Source: Candidatus Omnitrophota bacterium
GTDB lineage: Bacteria; Omnitrophota; Gorgyraeia; 2-01-FULL-45-10
Length of the DNA: 64,000 bases
Assembly (NCBI GenBank): GCA_041661345.1
Contig: JBAZUO010000001.1
Span: 11,298-75,297, forward strand
Direction of reading: 5' to 3'
Positions 49,341-57,567 of the stretch are shown one piece after another (position 1 is the first letter of the stretch; every line of letters begins with the position of its first letter). The notes under the pieces were generated by a model, which ran no database searches, was not told the DNA's origin, and worked only from the letters and a program-made list of their open reading frames with translations. A program made the translations under genes and the position numbers.

Positions 49341-49805
49341 TTATATTTTCTCGTAGAGATTCGCCATCTCGATCGCAGTCATTGCGGCGTCACGGCCTTT
49401 GTTGCCGTCCTTCGTGCCGGCCCTCTCGATCGCCTGCTCAAGATTATCAGCTGTTATAACACCAAATATACATGGAACGCCTGTATCCAGAGACGCTTTC
49501 GCGATCCCCTTGGCGGCTTCGCTCGCGACGAATTCGAAATGCGGCGTAGCGCCCCTTATAACCGTACCCAGGCATATCACACCGTCGTATTTCTTCGACT
49601 TGGCAAGCTTGAACGCAACCATCGGAATCTCAAACGAGCCCGGCACCCACATCACGTCCTGTGCGGAGTCCTGCGCGCCGTGCCTCACAAGTGTGTCGAT
49701 ACACCCGTCAAGAAGTTTCGACGATATGAATTCATTGAACCGCGATATAACTATCGCGAACTTCTTACCCTTTGCGGATAGATCCGCTTTCACCACATTT
49801 GCCAT
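49341..49805 (-). CDS. ribH: 6,7-dimethyl-8-ribityllumazine synthase
   Basis: 154 aa with [21 protein letters not shown] and [15 protein letters not shown]. Confidence 0.95.
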   Translation of the reverse strand: MANVVKADLSAKGKKFAIVISRFNEFISSKLLDGCIDTLVRHGAQDSAQDVMWVPGSFEIPMVAFKLAKSKKYDGVICLGTVIRGATPHFEFVASEAAKGIAKASLDTGVPCIFGVITADNLEQAIERAGTKDGNKGRDAAMTAIEMANLYEKI

Positions 49806-49809
49806 ATCA

Positions 49810-51006
49810 TTACCCTCCGATTTTATGCCCCAATTTCTCTTTTTTCACCTTAAGATACCTCTCATTGGCCTTATTCGGCCGGATTTCCAAAGGCACCCTC
49901 TCAACAATTTTAAGGCCGTATCCTTCCAGCCCAATAATCTTTTTCGGATTGTTGGTCAATAGCCTTATCTTTTTAAGTCCGAGGTCCACCAGTATTTGCG
50001 CGCCTATCCCATATTCTCTTAGATCGGGCTTAAACCCGAGGGCTTTATTCGCCTCGACCGTATCGAGCCCTTTATCCTGAAGTTCATAGGCCTTCAGTTT
50101 ATTCGCAAGGCCTATCCCCCGGCCCTCCTGTCTCATATATAGTATCACTCCGTTTCCATTGTCTTCGATAAGTTTCATCGCCGTATGCAGCTGCTCACCG
50201 CAATCACATCTTTTTGATCCAAATACGTCGCCCGTCAGGCATTCTGAGTGGACCCTGACAAGCGCATTGTTCTTATCAGGCCTTCCTTTAACAAGCGCCA
50301 GGTGGTGATACCCATCCGTCAATGACTCATAAACATGTACATTAAAGTTGCCAAATTCGGTAGGAATGATCGTTTTGGCGATTTTTTTGATCAGCCTCTC
50401 ACTCCGCCTCCTGTATTCTATTATGCCGGCTATTGTGCAGATCTTCAGCCCGTGCTCCCCGGAAAATGCCAGAAGGTCGTTCATGCGCGCCATCGAACCA
50501 TCATCCTTCATTATCTCGCAGATAACGCCTACCGGATTCACGCCGGCGAGTTTCATGAGGTCCACGCATGCCTCGGTATGGCCGGAGCGAACCAGGACGC
50601 CGCCGCTATTTGATCTCAGCGGAAATATGTGGCCCGGCCTGACTAAGTCCGCAGCCTTTGTCTTTGGATTCGCGAGAATATTTATCGTACGCGCCCTGTC
50701 ATGGGCGGATATGCCGGTTGTAATGCCGTGACCGGCGTCGCAGGATATCGCCCAACCCGTCCTGAATGGGTCGGGCATCTTCGCAGACATCGGGTGAAGG
50801 CCCAGCTCGTCAAGCCGCGAGCCTTCCATGGGAACGCATATGAGGCCGCGGCCCAGCCTCGCCATGAAATTTATGTCGGCTGGCTTTGTAAGTGAGCCCG
50901 CCATGATCAGGTCGCCCTCGTTTTCGCGATCTTCGTCGTCTACGACTATGACCATCTTGCCGAGCTTTATGTCCCTTAAGACCTCTTCTATCGTATTCAG
51001 CTTCAT
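49810..51006 (-). CDS. ribBA: bifunctional 3,4-dihydroxy-2-butanone-4-phosphate synthase / GTP cyclohydrolase II
   Basis: 398 aa with [11 protein letters not shown] (RibB) and [20 protein letters not shown] (RibA). Confidence 0.95.
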   Translation of the reverse strand: MKLNTIEEVLRDIKLGKMVIVVDDEDRENEGDLIMAGSLTKPADINFMARLGRGLICVPMEGSRLDELGLHPMSAKMPDPFRTGWAISCDAGHGITTGISAHDRARTINILANPKTKAADLVRPGHIFPLRSNSGGVLVRSGHTEACVDLMKLAGVNPVGVICEIMKDDGSMARMNDLLAFSGEHGLKICTIAGIIEYRRRSERLIKKIAKTIIPTEFGNFNVHVYESLTDGYHHLALVKGRPDKNNALVRVHSECLTGDVFGSKRCDCGEQLHTAMKLIEDNGNGVILYMRQEGRGIGLANKLKAYELQDKGLDTVEANKALGFKPDLREYGIGAQILVDLGLKKIRLLTNNPKKIIGLEGYGLKIVERVPLEIRPNKANERYLKVKKEKLGHKIGG

Positions 51007-51057
51007 ATTCCCGTCTTTTCGGTCCGTTTAGTTTACAGTTTACAGGATACAGTTAAC

Positions 51058-51091
51058 AGAAAAAATAAAACCCCGATGAATTACTTCGGGG
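51058..51091 (-). terminator. riboswitch expression-platform terminator
   Basis: The minus strand reads CCCCGAAGTAATTCATCGGGGTTTTATTTTTT, between the FMN aptamer and the ribBA start. Confidence 0.65.
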
Positions 51092-51127
51092 TCATATTTA
51101 CTTTAAACTGTTTACTAAACATCCAAT

Positions 51128-51252
51128 TTATCTTCTACCATCCAGACTTTACTGTCGGCACTTGAATCTCACAAGTTCAGCCTCAAAATTTTCTGAAGCT
51201 CGCGGGCTTTCACCGCCGGTCGAGGAATTTCACCTCACCCCGAAGAATGCTC
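51128..51252 (-). promoter_or_regulatory. FMN riboswitch (RFN element) aptamer
   Basis: The minus strand reads GCATTCTTCGGGGTGAGGTGAAATTCCTCGACCGGCGGTGAAAGCCCGCGAGC...GCCGACAGTAAAGTCTGGATGGTAGAAGA. This matches the conserved RFN core upstream of ribBA. Confidence 0.9.
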
Positions 51253-51254
51253 CC

Positions 51255-51282
51255 ATTATACATAATATTGGAATTTTGTCAA
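51255..51282 (-). promoter_or_regulatory. promoter of the riboswitch-ribBA unit (TTGACA-16 nt-TATAAT on the minus strand)
   Basis: Both hexamers are consensus: -35 at 51277..51282 and -10 at 51255..51260. Confidence 0.6.
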
Positions 51283-51329
51283 TAATTATGATATCCTTAT
51301 AATACGTTGTGCAAAACAAAGGAGGAAGT

Positions 51330-51794
51330 ATGGCAAGAAAAGTAGTTGTAGCAGCTTTAGCTGTAGCATCTTGTCTGGCAGGCATTTACGGCGTATCTTA
51401 TGCGGCCGATCAAAAAGCGCCGGCGTCTGTAAAGCCGATGGCCCAAACAACGCCTGCAAAGCCGGCAAGGCCAGCCAATATCAGCATGTTTGGCGGTACG
51501 ATCGAAAATATAGATAATTCAGATCCTGCCAATGTAAAGATACAGGTAAAGGATGACGCAACCGGAGCTTCCCGCACCATAACAGTCGCTCCATGGACAA
51601 ACGTCACGAAAGTAACCGACATCACCGAGCTGAAAAAGGGCGAAGCCATAAGGACTATGGTAAGGAAGACCGGGGATAAAGATGTTGCCATGGGTATAAT
51701 GTTTGGCAAAATAAAGACTTTACCACCGTTAAAACAAAGGCCTGTTACGCCGCCGGCCGCACCAAAACTTCCAGTTAAGGACGCTTCAAGATAG
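51330..51794 (+). CDS. hypothetical secreted protein
   Basis: The ATG at 51330 is preceded by AAGGAGGA. Signal peptide MARKVVVAALAVASCLAGIYGVSYA and a Pro/Ala-rich tail. The track ORF starts at 51309. Confidence 0.65.
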   Translation: MARKVVVAALAVASCLAGIYGVSYAADQKAPASVKPMAQTTPAKPARPANISMFGGTIENIDNSDPANVKIQVKDDATGASRTITVAPWTNVTKVTDITELKKGEAIRTMVRKTGDKDVAMGIMFGKIKTLPPLKQRPVTPPAAPKLPVKDASR

Positions 51795-51821
51795 CCAATT
51801 AAGAAACTGGTAGAAATAGGC

Positions 51822-53021
51822 ATGGATAAAGACAAAGAAAAAAATCTTATCGTCGAGCTTGAACGGTTGAACTGGGAAATGTCCCTTCTTTATGAAGTTT
51901 CAAACGCAATGAGGACAACCCTCAAGCTCGACCACATCTTCTACATAATACTTACGGCACTCACTTCACACGAGGGGCTTGGTTTCAACCGCGCCATGAT
52001 GTTTCTCGTCAATGAAAAAGAAGGTGTGCTAGAAGGCGTTATGGGTATCGGCCCGCACACGGCTGAAGAAGCGGGAAAAATATGGCATGCTATATCGATA
52101 AGTAAGATGACGCTGGATGATTTCATAGCGTCATACGATACATTCAAAAAAGATCCCGAGTCAAAGCTCAATTCTATCGTGAAGGGCATAAAAATACCCT
52201 TAAGGGAAGACATGGGCATATTGGCCCTGACGATATTGGAAGGCATGCCTTTCGAAATCACAACACACGAAGCAAAAAAGCTGGTAGACCAGGAGACCCA
52301 GAAAACACTGAATACCGACTTCTTCGTAACGGTGCCGGTAAAAGCAAAAGACAAGGTGCTCGGGGCCCTGCTCGTCGATAACATATTCAACAAAAAAAAT
52401 ATAACTAAGGGCGATGTCAAGATGCTTACAATGTTCGCAAACCACGCGGGCCTTGCTATAGAGAATTCAAGGTTGTATGAGGAAACCGTATACCTTTCCA
52501 ATATAGACTGGCTGACCAAATTATGGAATTACGGCAGATTTCAACGGCACTTGACGCTTGAACTTGAGAGGGCCAAGGTTCACGAATCGAACGTAAGCCT
52601 CGTCATGGTGGATGTGGATAATTTCAAAAATTACAACGATACGTTCGGACACATCAGGGGCGACTCCGCGCTAAAAGAGATCGCCGCGATACTTCAGTCC
52701 AAATCACGCAAATTCGATACTGTAGCCAGATATGGCGGCGAGGAGTTTGCCATCATAATGCCGAATACGACGAAAGAGAACGCGAGATTATTCGCTGAAA
52801 GGCTAAGGGGCGAGGTCGAAAAAGTCTATGCAGAAGAGGCTGGACTCCATCCTGATAAAAGGCTTACGATAAGCTGCGGCATAGCCACCTGCCCTGAAGA
52901 CACCACAGCAAAGGAAGACCTTGTAGCCATGGCCGATACGGCCTTATATGAAGCAAAGGGCGCCGGTAAAAACAGGTCATGCATCTATTTAAAAGCTATG
53001 GGGAATAAAAAGACGACTTAA
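51822..53021 (+). CDS. GAF domain-containing diguanylate cyclase (GGDEF)
   Basis: 399 aa. The N-terminal half is GAF-like. The C-terminal half has DVDNFKNYNDTFGH and RYGGEEFAIIMP (GGEEF active site). Confidence 0.88.
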   Translation: MDKDKEKNLIVELERLNWEMSLLYEVSNAMRTTLKLDHIFYIILTALTSHEGLGFNRAMMFLVNEKEGVLEGVMGIGPHTAEEAGKIWHAISISKMTLDDFIASYDTFKKDPESKLNSIVKGIKIPLREDMGILALTILEGMPFEITTHEAKKLVDQETQKTLNTDFFVTVPVKAKDKVLGALLVDNIFNKKNITKGDVKMLTMFANHAGLAIENSRLYEETVYLSNIDWLTKLWNYGRFQRHLTLELERAKVHESNVSLVMVDVDNFKNYNDTFGHIRGDSALKEIAAILQSKSRKFDTVARYGGEEFAIIMPNTTKENARLFAERLRGEVEKVYAEEAGLHPDKRLTISCGIATCPEDTTAKEDLVAMADTALYEAKGAGKNRSCIYLKAMGNKKTT

Positions 53022-53027
53022 ATAACT

Positions 53028-56000
53028 TTAGGAAACAGCGGCCGTTTCCTGCGGATTTTCATTTACTACAAGGCCGCTACGCGTTGGGGCTCCAACCGTA
53101 ATCTTTTTCTTAAGCTCATCGGAAAACTTGACTGAGACGATCTTCGACACACCCCTCTCCTGCATCGTTATACCGTACATAACATCCGCAAGTTCGATCG
53201 TCCTCTTATTGTGGGTTATGATAATAAACTGCGATATCTTCAGAAAATCCTTAAGCACGCTGGCGAACCTCGTTACATTCGATTCATCCAACGGCGCGTC
53301 TATTTCATCAAGCACACAGAACGGGCTCGGTTTCACTTTGAATATCGCGAAAAGGAGCGCTGTCGCCGTCATCGCCTTCTCGCCGCCCGACAGCAGCATG
53401 AGGTTCTGGAGCTTCTTGCCCGGCGGCCTTACGATGATCTCTATGCCGCACTCAAGCACGTCCTGCTCATCTATCAGCACCAGCTCCGCCTGCCCCCCGC
53501 CGAAGAGGAGGCGGAAGAAATTTTTGAATTCAACCTGTATCTTCTGAAATGTCTCTATAAACAGATCCTTCGTCGTCTTATTTATCTTCTGGATAGCCTT
53601 GTGGAGCGAGTCCTTTGCGTTTACTAGATCATCCAACTGATGCGTAAGGAACGCGTATCTCTCCTCCAGTTCTTTATGCTCATCGATCGCCACCAGATTA
53701 ACCGGTCCTATTTTGTCAAGCCTCTCCTTAAACTCGGCGACCTGCGCTTTCACGGTTTCCCAGTCCGCATTCTCTTCTGTCTCCACATGTTCCGTCTCCA
53801 GGTCCATCTTGTAAGTCTGGGATATTCTCTCTTTGAGGTTCGTCTTTTTATAGTTGAGCTCCGTGAGTTTCACGTCCATATCTCGGGCCTGATTCCTGAG
53901 AGACTCAAGCCCGGCCTCTTTAGTCTTTAACTGCGCCTCGTCCACGCCCAGTTTATCTACGATCTCGGATTTGGACTTTTCTATGGCGGATGACTCTTCA
54001 TTGAACACCAATAGGTCGGATTGTATCTTCTCGTTTTGCGCCGTAAGGCTCATTATCTCTTCGCCGAGAGATTTCTCTTTATCGGCGGATTCTTTAAGAA
54101 GCGATTCTTTCTGATAAATCGTCTCTTCGAGGTCAAAGGACACACCTTCCTGGGTTTTAAGGCTGCCGGAGATGCCCTCCTCCTCTTTTTCCAGGCTCTG
54201 GGCCTCGGCTGTAAGCGTTGCGATCTCAAGAGTCTCTTTTTCCCTTCGCGTCCTTCTTTCCAGGATCAAGTTCTGCGACTCGTCTATAAATTTCTGCGCT
54301 TGGGCCTTCTGTGTCTCTATATTATTGAGCTCCAAATTGAACGCTTCGCCTTTTTGCGTGAGATCCGCTATGGCCGCGTTCGCCTCATCGAGTTCCGAAT
54401 TTAATAATTCGAACTCGTCGCGCAGTTTAGCCGCGCCCGTCTCATGGGATTCCTTCCTGGTCCTGACATTCGCTAAATTAATATCTTCAGTATGAAGACG
54501 CTCTTCGAGGGAGCCGATCTCAGCCTGCAATAAAGAAGCTTCGTTTCTTTTATCGTCACGTATAATGCCAAGCGCCGCAACCTCTTTCTCCATATCTATC
54601 AATTCGTTCTTCAGGTCTTCCAGCCTTTCCCTGCGCCCTATCAGGAGGGATTCATCTGTGGCGCTTACGCTCCCGCCGGAAACTTTACCGTCGTCGAGTA
54701 TCGCGCCGGATTTCGTAATGAATTTCGCGGACGAGCCGTCATAGCTTTTGATGCATTCTTCGATTGAATCCGTCAGGTACGCATCGGCGAAGAAATGTTC
54801 GATGATCGCTGTAAGCTTCGGCTCAATACGTATAAAATTTTTAAGAGGCGCCGTAACATTCTCAGTCCGAACATTGCCGGCCCCCTGGCCTCTCTTTACT
54901 CTTTCCACCGTCTCCAGAGAAACGAAGCTCGCCCTTCCGAGATTATTCTCTTTAAGATACGAGATCATCCCTACAATGTCGCTGTCTTTTTCCGATATAA
55001 TCACCTGGGCATTGTCGCCGAGGAGCGCATTGACCGCTTCTTCATAACCCCTCTCCACTTTTATCACATCCGCAAGTACGCCCAAGATACCGCCGGACGG
55101 ATGAGCGCCCTCATCTATTTTATCGAGCAGATTCCTTACGCCCCGGCCAAAACCTTCATGCCTCTTTATCGACTCTCCAAGTATCTCGATCTTGGACCCG
55201 ACAACGGCCTTCCTGTTATCGCACAGGGCCATCCGTTCTTCGGTAGATTTTATTTCAGACAGGGCCAGGCCGTTGGCATTTCTTTTCGATTCCAAGTCTT
55301 GCCGCATGGCCGATACCCTATCTTCGATATCCTTAAATTCGCCCGCAACTTGTTTCAATACACCTTCGATCGATTCGAGCTCTTTAACTACTGTATCTTT
55401 CTCTATCCCAAGGCGTCTTACTCTCGAACGGCGGTTCTGTATATCCGCGCCCATTTTTATCAGATCGTTCTTTATGTGTGTCTCTTTGGACAGATGATCC
55501 ACTATCTCAACCTTGCATGTCTTTACGCGGTTCTCGGTTTCATCTATATCTTTGGAAAGACTGACCAGGAGGAGATTCTTTTCTTCGAGCGATTTCGCCT
55601 TGGCAATCTTTGCCGATGATGCGCTCGCAAGATCCGCCTTCAGCTTTTCGACGAGGCCTCTGGCATATTTAAGCTTTTCGGCGGCGACGGCTATCTCCTT
55701 CCTTAATCCTTCCTGCAGCACGCGCGATTCCTCTATCCTCTCTTTATTGATAGATATTTTCTGCGTGTTCATATCGAGGGAGCCGGACATTTCTTTGTAT
55801 CTATCTTTTAAGTCCAGCAGCTTCTGATTGACTTCATCCAGAGATCCCCTATAGCCCGAGATTCTCGAGGCCATAGATTTGATCTCCGCATCCAGCTCCC
55901 CTTCTCGGGCCCTGCAATCGTTATTCTCGACCGACATCGTCATCTCTTCGGTCTTCAAACTCCTGTATTCACGCGATGAAAGTTTTATTTCCATATCCCT

Positions 56001-56666
56001 CAATTTATCGAAATCGACCTTGTACCGCTCGGCCTTGCGCGCCTGGCGTTCGATCGACGATATCTGGCGCTTCACCTCGGTTATGATATCGTTTATGCGC
56101 AGGATATTCTGTTCCGTTTGCTCGAGTTTTCTTAAGGCTTCCTTCTTTTTCGATTTAAATTTGGTGATACCGCTCGCCTCTTCAAATACGAATCTCCTGT
56201 CCTCGGGCCGCGAACTTAATATAAGGTCCATCTTGCCCTGCTCAATTATCGAGTAGCTCTCGGTGCCTATGCCAGTACCCATGAGAAGCTCATTTATATC
56301 TTTTAATCTTACAGGGGTTTTGTTTAGGAGGTATTCTGTTTCGCTGGATCTGAATACTCTGCGGGTTATCGTTACTTCGTCGTAATCTATAGGGAGAAGC
56401 CTTTTTTCGTTGCTGAATGTGAGGGATACTTCCGCGAAATTTATCGCTTCTTTCGTGTCGGTGCCGTTAAAGATAACGTCCTGCATGTTAGAGGCACGCA
56501 GGGACTTCGCGGATTGCTCGCCAAGCACCCACCGGATCGAATCGGCTATGTTGCTCTTACCGCAGCCGTTCGGGCCGACGATAGCCGTAACGCCCGGCTC
56601 AAAGTTAAGCTTCGTCTTTTCCGCGAATGATTTAAATCCGATTAGTTCGAGGGATTTAAAATGCAT
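53028..56666 (-). CDS. smc: chromosome segregation protein SMC
   Basis: 1,212 aa with N-terminal Walker A GPNGCGKSN, long coiled coils, a hinge, and C-terminal LSGGEKAMTA and VLDEIDAPLD. Confidence 0.96.
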   Translation of the reverse strand: MHFKSLELIGFKSFAEKTKLNFEPGVTAIVGPNGCGKSNIADSIRWVLGEQSAKSLRASNMQDVIFNGTDTKEAINFAEVSLTFSNEKRLLPIDYDEVTITRRVFRSSETEYLLNKTPVRLKDINELLMGTGIGTESYSIIEQGKMDLILSSRPEDRRFVFEEASGITKFKSKKKEALRKLEQTEQNILRINDIITEVKRQISSIERQARKAERYKVDFDKLRDMEIKLSSREYRSLKTEEMTMSVENNDCRAREGELDAEIKSMASRISGYRGSLDEVNQKLLDLKDRYKEMSGSLDMNTQKISINKERIEESRVLQEGLRKEIAVAAEKLKYARGLVEKLKADLASASSAKIAKAKSLEEKNLLLVSLSKDIDETENRVKTCKVEIVDHLSKETHIKNDLIKMGADIQNRRSRVRRLGIEKDTVVKELESIEGVLKQVAGEFKDIEDRVSAMRQDLESKRNANGLALSEIKSTEERMALCDNRKAVVGSKIEILGESIKRHEGFGRGVRNLLDKIDEGAHPSGGILGVLADVIKVERGYEEAVNALLGDNAQVIISEKDSDIVGMISYLKENNLGRASFVSLETVERVKRGQGAGNVRTENVTAPLKNFIRIEPKLTAIIEHFFADAYLTDSIEECIKSYDGSSAKFITKSGAILDDGKVSGGSVSATDESLLIGRRERLEDLKNELIDMEKEVAALGIIRDDKRNEASLLQAEIGSLEERLHTEDINLANVRTRKESHETGAAKLRDEFELLNSELDEANAAIADLTQKGEAFNLELNNIETQKAQAQKFIDESQNLILERRTRREKETLEIATLTAEAQSLEKEEEGISGSLKTQEGVSFDLEETIYQKESLLKESADKEKSLGEEIMSLTAQNEKIQSDLLVFNEESSAIEKSKSEIVDKLGVDEAQLKTKEAGLESLRNQARDMDVKLTELNYKKTNLKERISQTYKMDLETEHVETEENADWETVKAQVAEFKERLDKIGPVNLVAIDEHKELEERYAFLTHQLDDLVNAKDSLHKAIQKINKTTKDLFIETFQKIQVEFKNFFRLLFGGGQAELVLIDEQDVLECGIEIIVRPPGKKLQNLMLLSGGEKAMTATALLFAIFKVKPSPFCVLDEIDAPLDESNVTRFASVLKDFLKISQFIIITHNKRTIELADVMYGITMQERGVSKIVSVKFSDELKKKITVGAPTRSGLVVNENPQETAAVS

Positions 56667-56728
56667 ATAGTTATATTGTTATATATGAGTCCGTATAAAA
56701 TACAATACTTCGTATAAAACTGTATCAA

Positions 56729-56757
56729 AGTATATCACAGGATTCTACTCTTGGCAA
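56729..56757 (-). promoter_or_regulatory. candidate smc promoter (TTGCCA-17 nt-TATACT on the minus strand)
   Basis: -35 at 56752..56757 and -10 at 56729..56734, directly downstream (in gene sense) of R2 copy 2. Confidence 0.4.
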
Positions 56758-56769
56758 GGCGGGATATAT

Positions 56770-57057
56770 GAAATTTTTCGTGTTTAGCATAGAGGCGGAA
56801 CTTTTGCCATTAGCCTTAACATGCTGTTAGCCACCCGGAGCAGGGGGCTTCGCCTAATTTTGCTTTTCCAGGATGTTTACGTTTTATTTTAGTTATTTTG
56901 TATATATTTGTTATTTTGTTAATTAAGTAGTCAATATACTTTAGGTATTAGGTAAACCATAGCAAAATCTAACGGCTCAACCCCACTGCCCCGGGTGGCT
57001 GTATAAGAATAACGTGGTGTACAAAAGTTCCGCCGATGCTAAGAAGCGAAAAATTTC
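56770..57057. repeat. R2 palindrome-ended repeat, copy 2
   Basis: The 241-bp core 56794..57034 is bounded by GGCGGAACTTTTG / CAAAAGTTCCGCC. The extended imperfect inverted repeats are GAAATTTTTCGTGTTTAGCATAGA / GATGCTAAGAAGCGAAAAATTTC. Confidence 0.75.
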
Positions 57058-57073
57058 TTGAGGAGAGAGCAGG

Positions 57074-57472
57074 AAATTTTACGGGTCCTGCCGCTTCCTC
57101 GGCTTTTCTTTCCAGGGCTCGCACGGGGTTCACAATAGATTAAGGTAAATCACTTGTTGTGTCTGCATGCCCGCCAGGATTGCCTACAACTGGACTATTA
57201 AACTGGGTCGCGGGCTTACTATTATGCAATCCTAAACGGCGGGCACCCCCATCCCATGCTCGCCCATAATCGAAAAGCCTTCAGTCGCGTCACCCGTAAA
57301 ATTTTTCATCTCGCAGAAATGTGATGTGGCGATGTGGTGAGCAGGGCCTTAAAATTTTTTATGGATTGGTCCGCTGGCGAAATCAAGTAGCGGCATAAAA
57401 AATTTTACTGGAGCGAGGGCCGCCGCTGGAGAGGCCCGAGCGTCCCTGCGAACCACTCGACACAGCACATTC
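57074..57472. repeat. R1 structured intergenic repeat, copy C
   Basis: Closest to copy A in domain 1 and to copy B in domain 2. It lies between R2 copy 2 and the giant-2 terminator. Confidence 0.8.
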
Positions 57473-57477
57473 TTTCT

Positions 57478-57552
57478 AAAATAAAACCCGAGAAACGGCT
57501 CTATTCAACGACCGACGCTAGTAAGTCATTGAAGGGCGTTCCGTCTCCCGGG
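57478..57552 (-). terminator. candidate terminator of giant ORF 2
   Basis: On the minus strand, CCCGGGAGACGG...CCGTTTCTCGGG forms a long stem with an inner stem, followed by TTTTATTTT. Confidence 0.5.
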
Positions 57553-57567
57553 CAAATACAACTTTTA

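Noticed and set aside
53019-53030. Convergent GGDEF and smc stop codons only 6 nt apart with no terminator hairpin
   Set aside because: Real but unremarkable. Tight convergent gene ends are common in compact genomes, and nothing further is encoded there.
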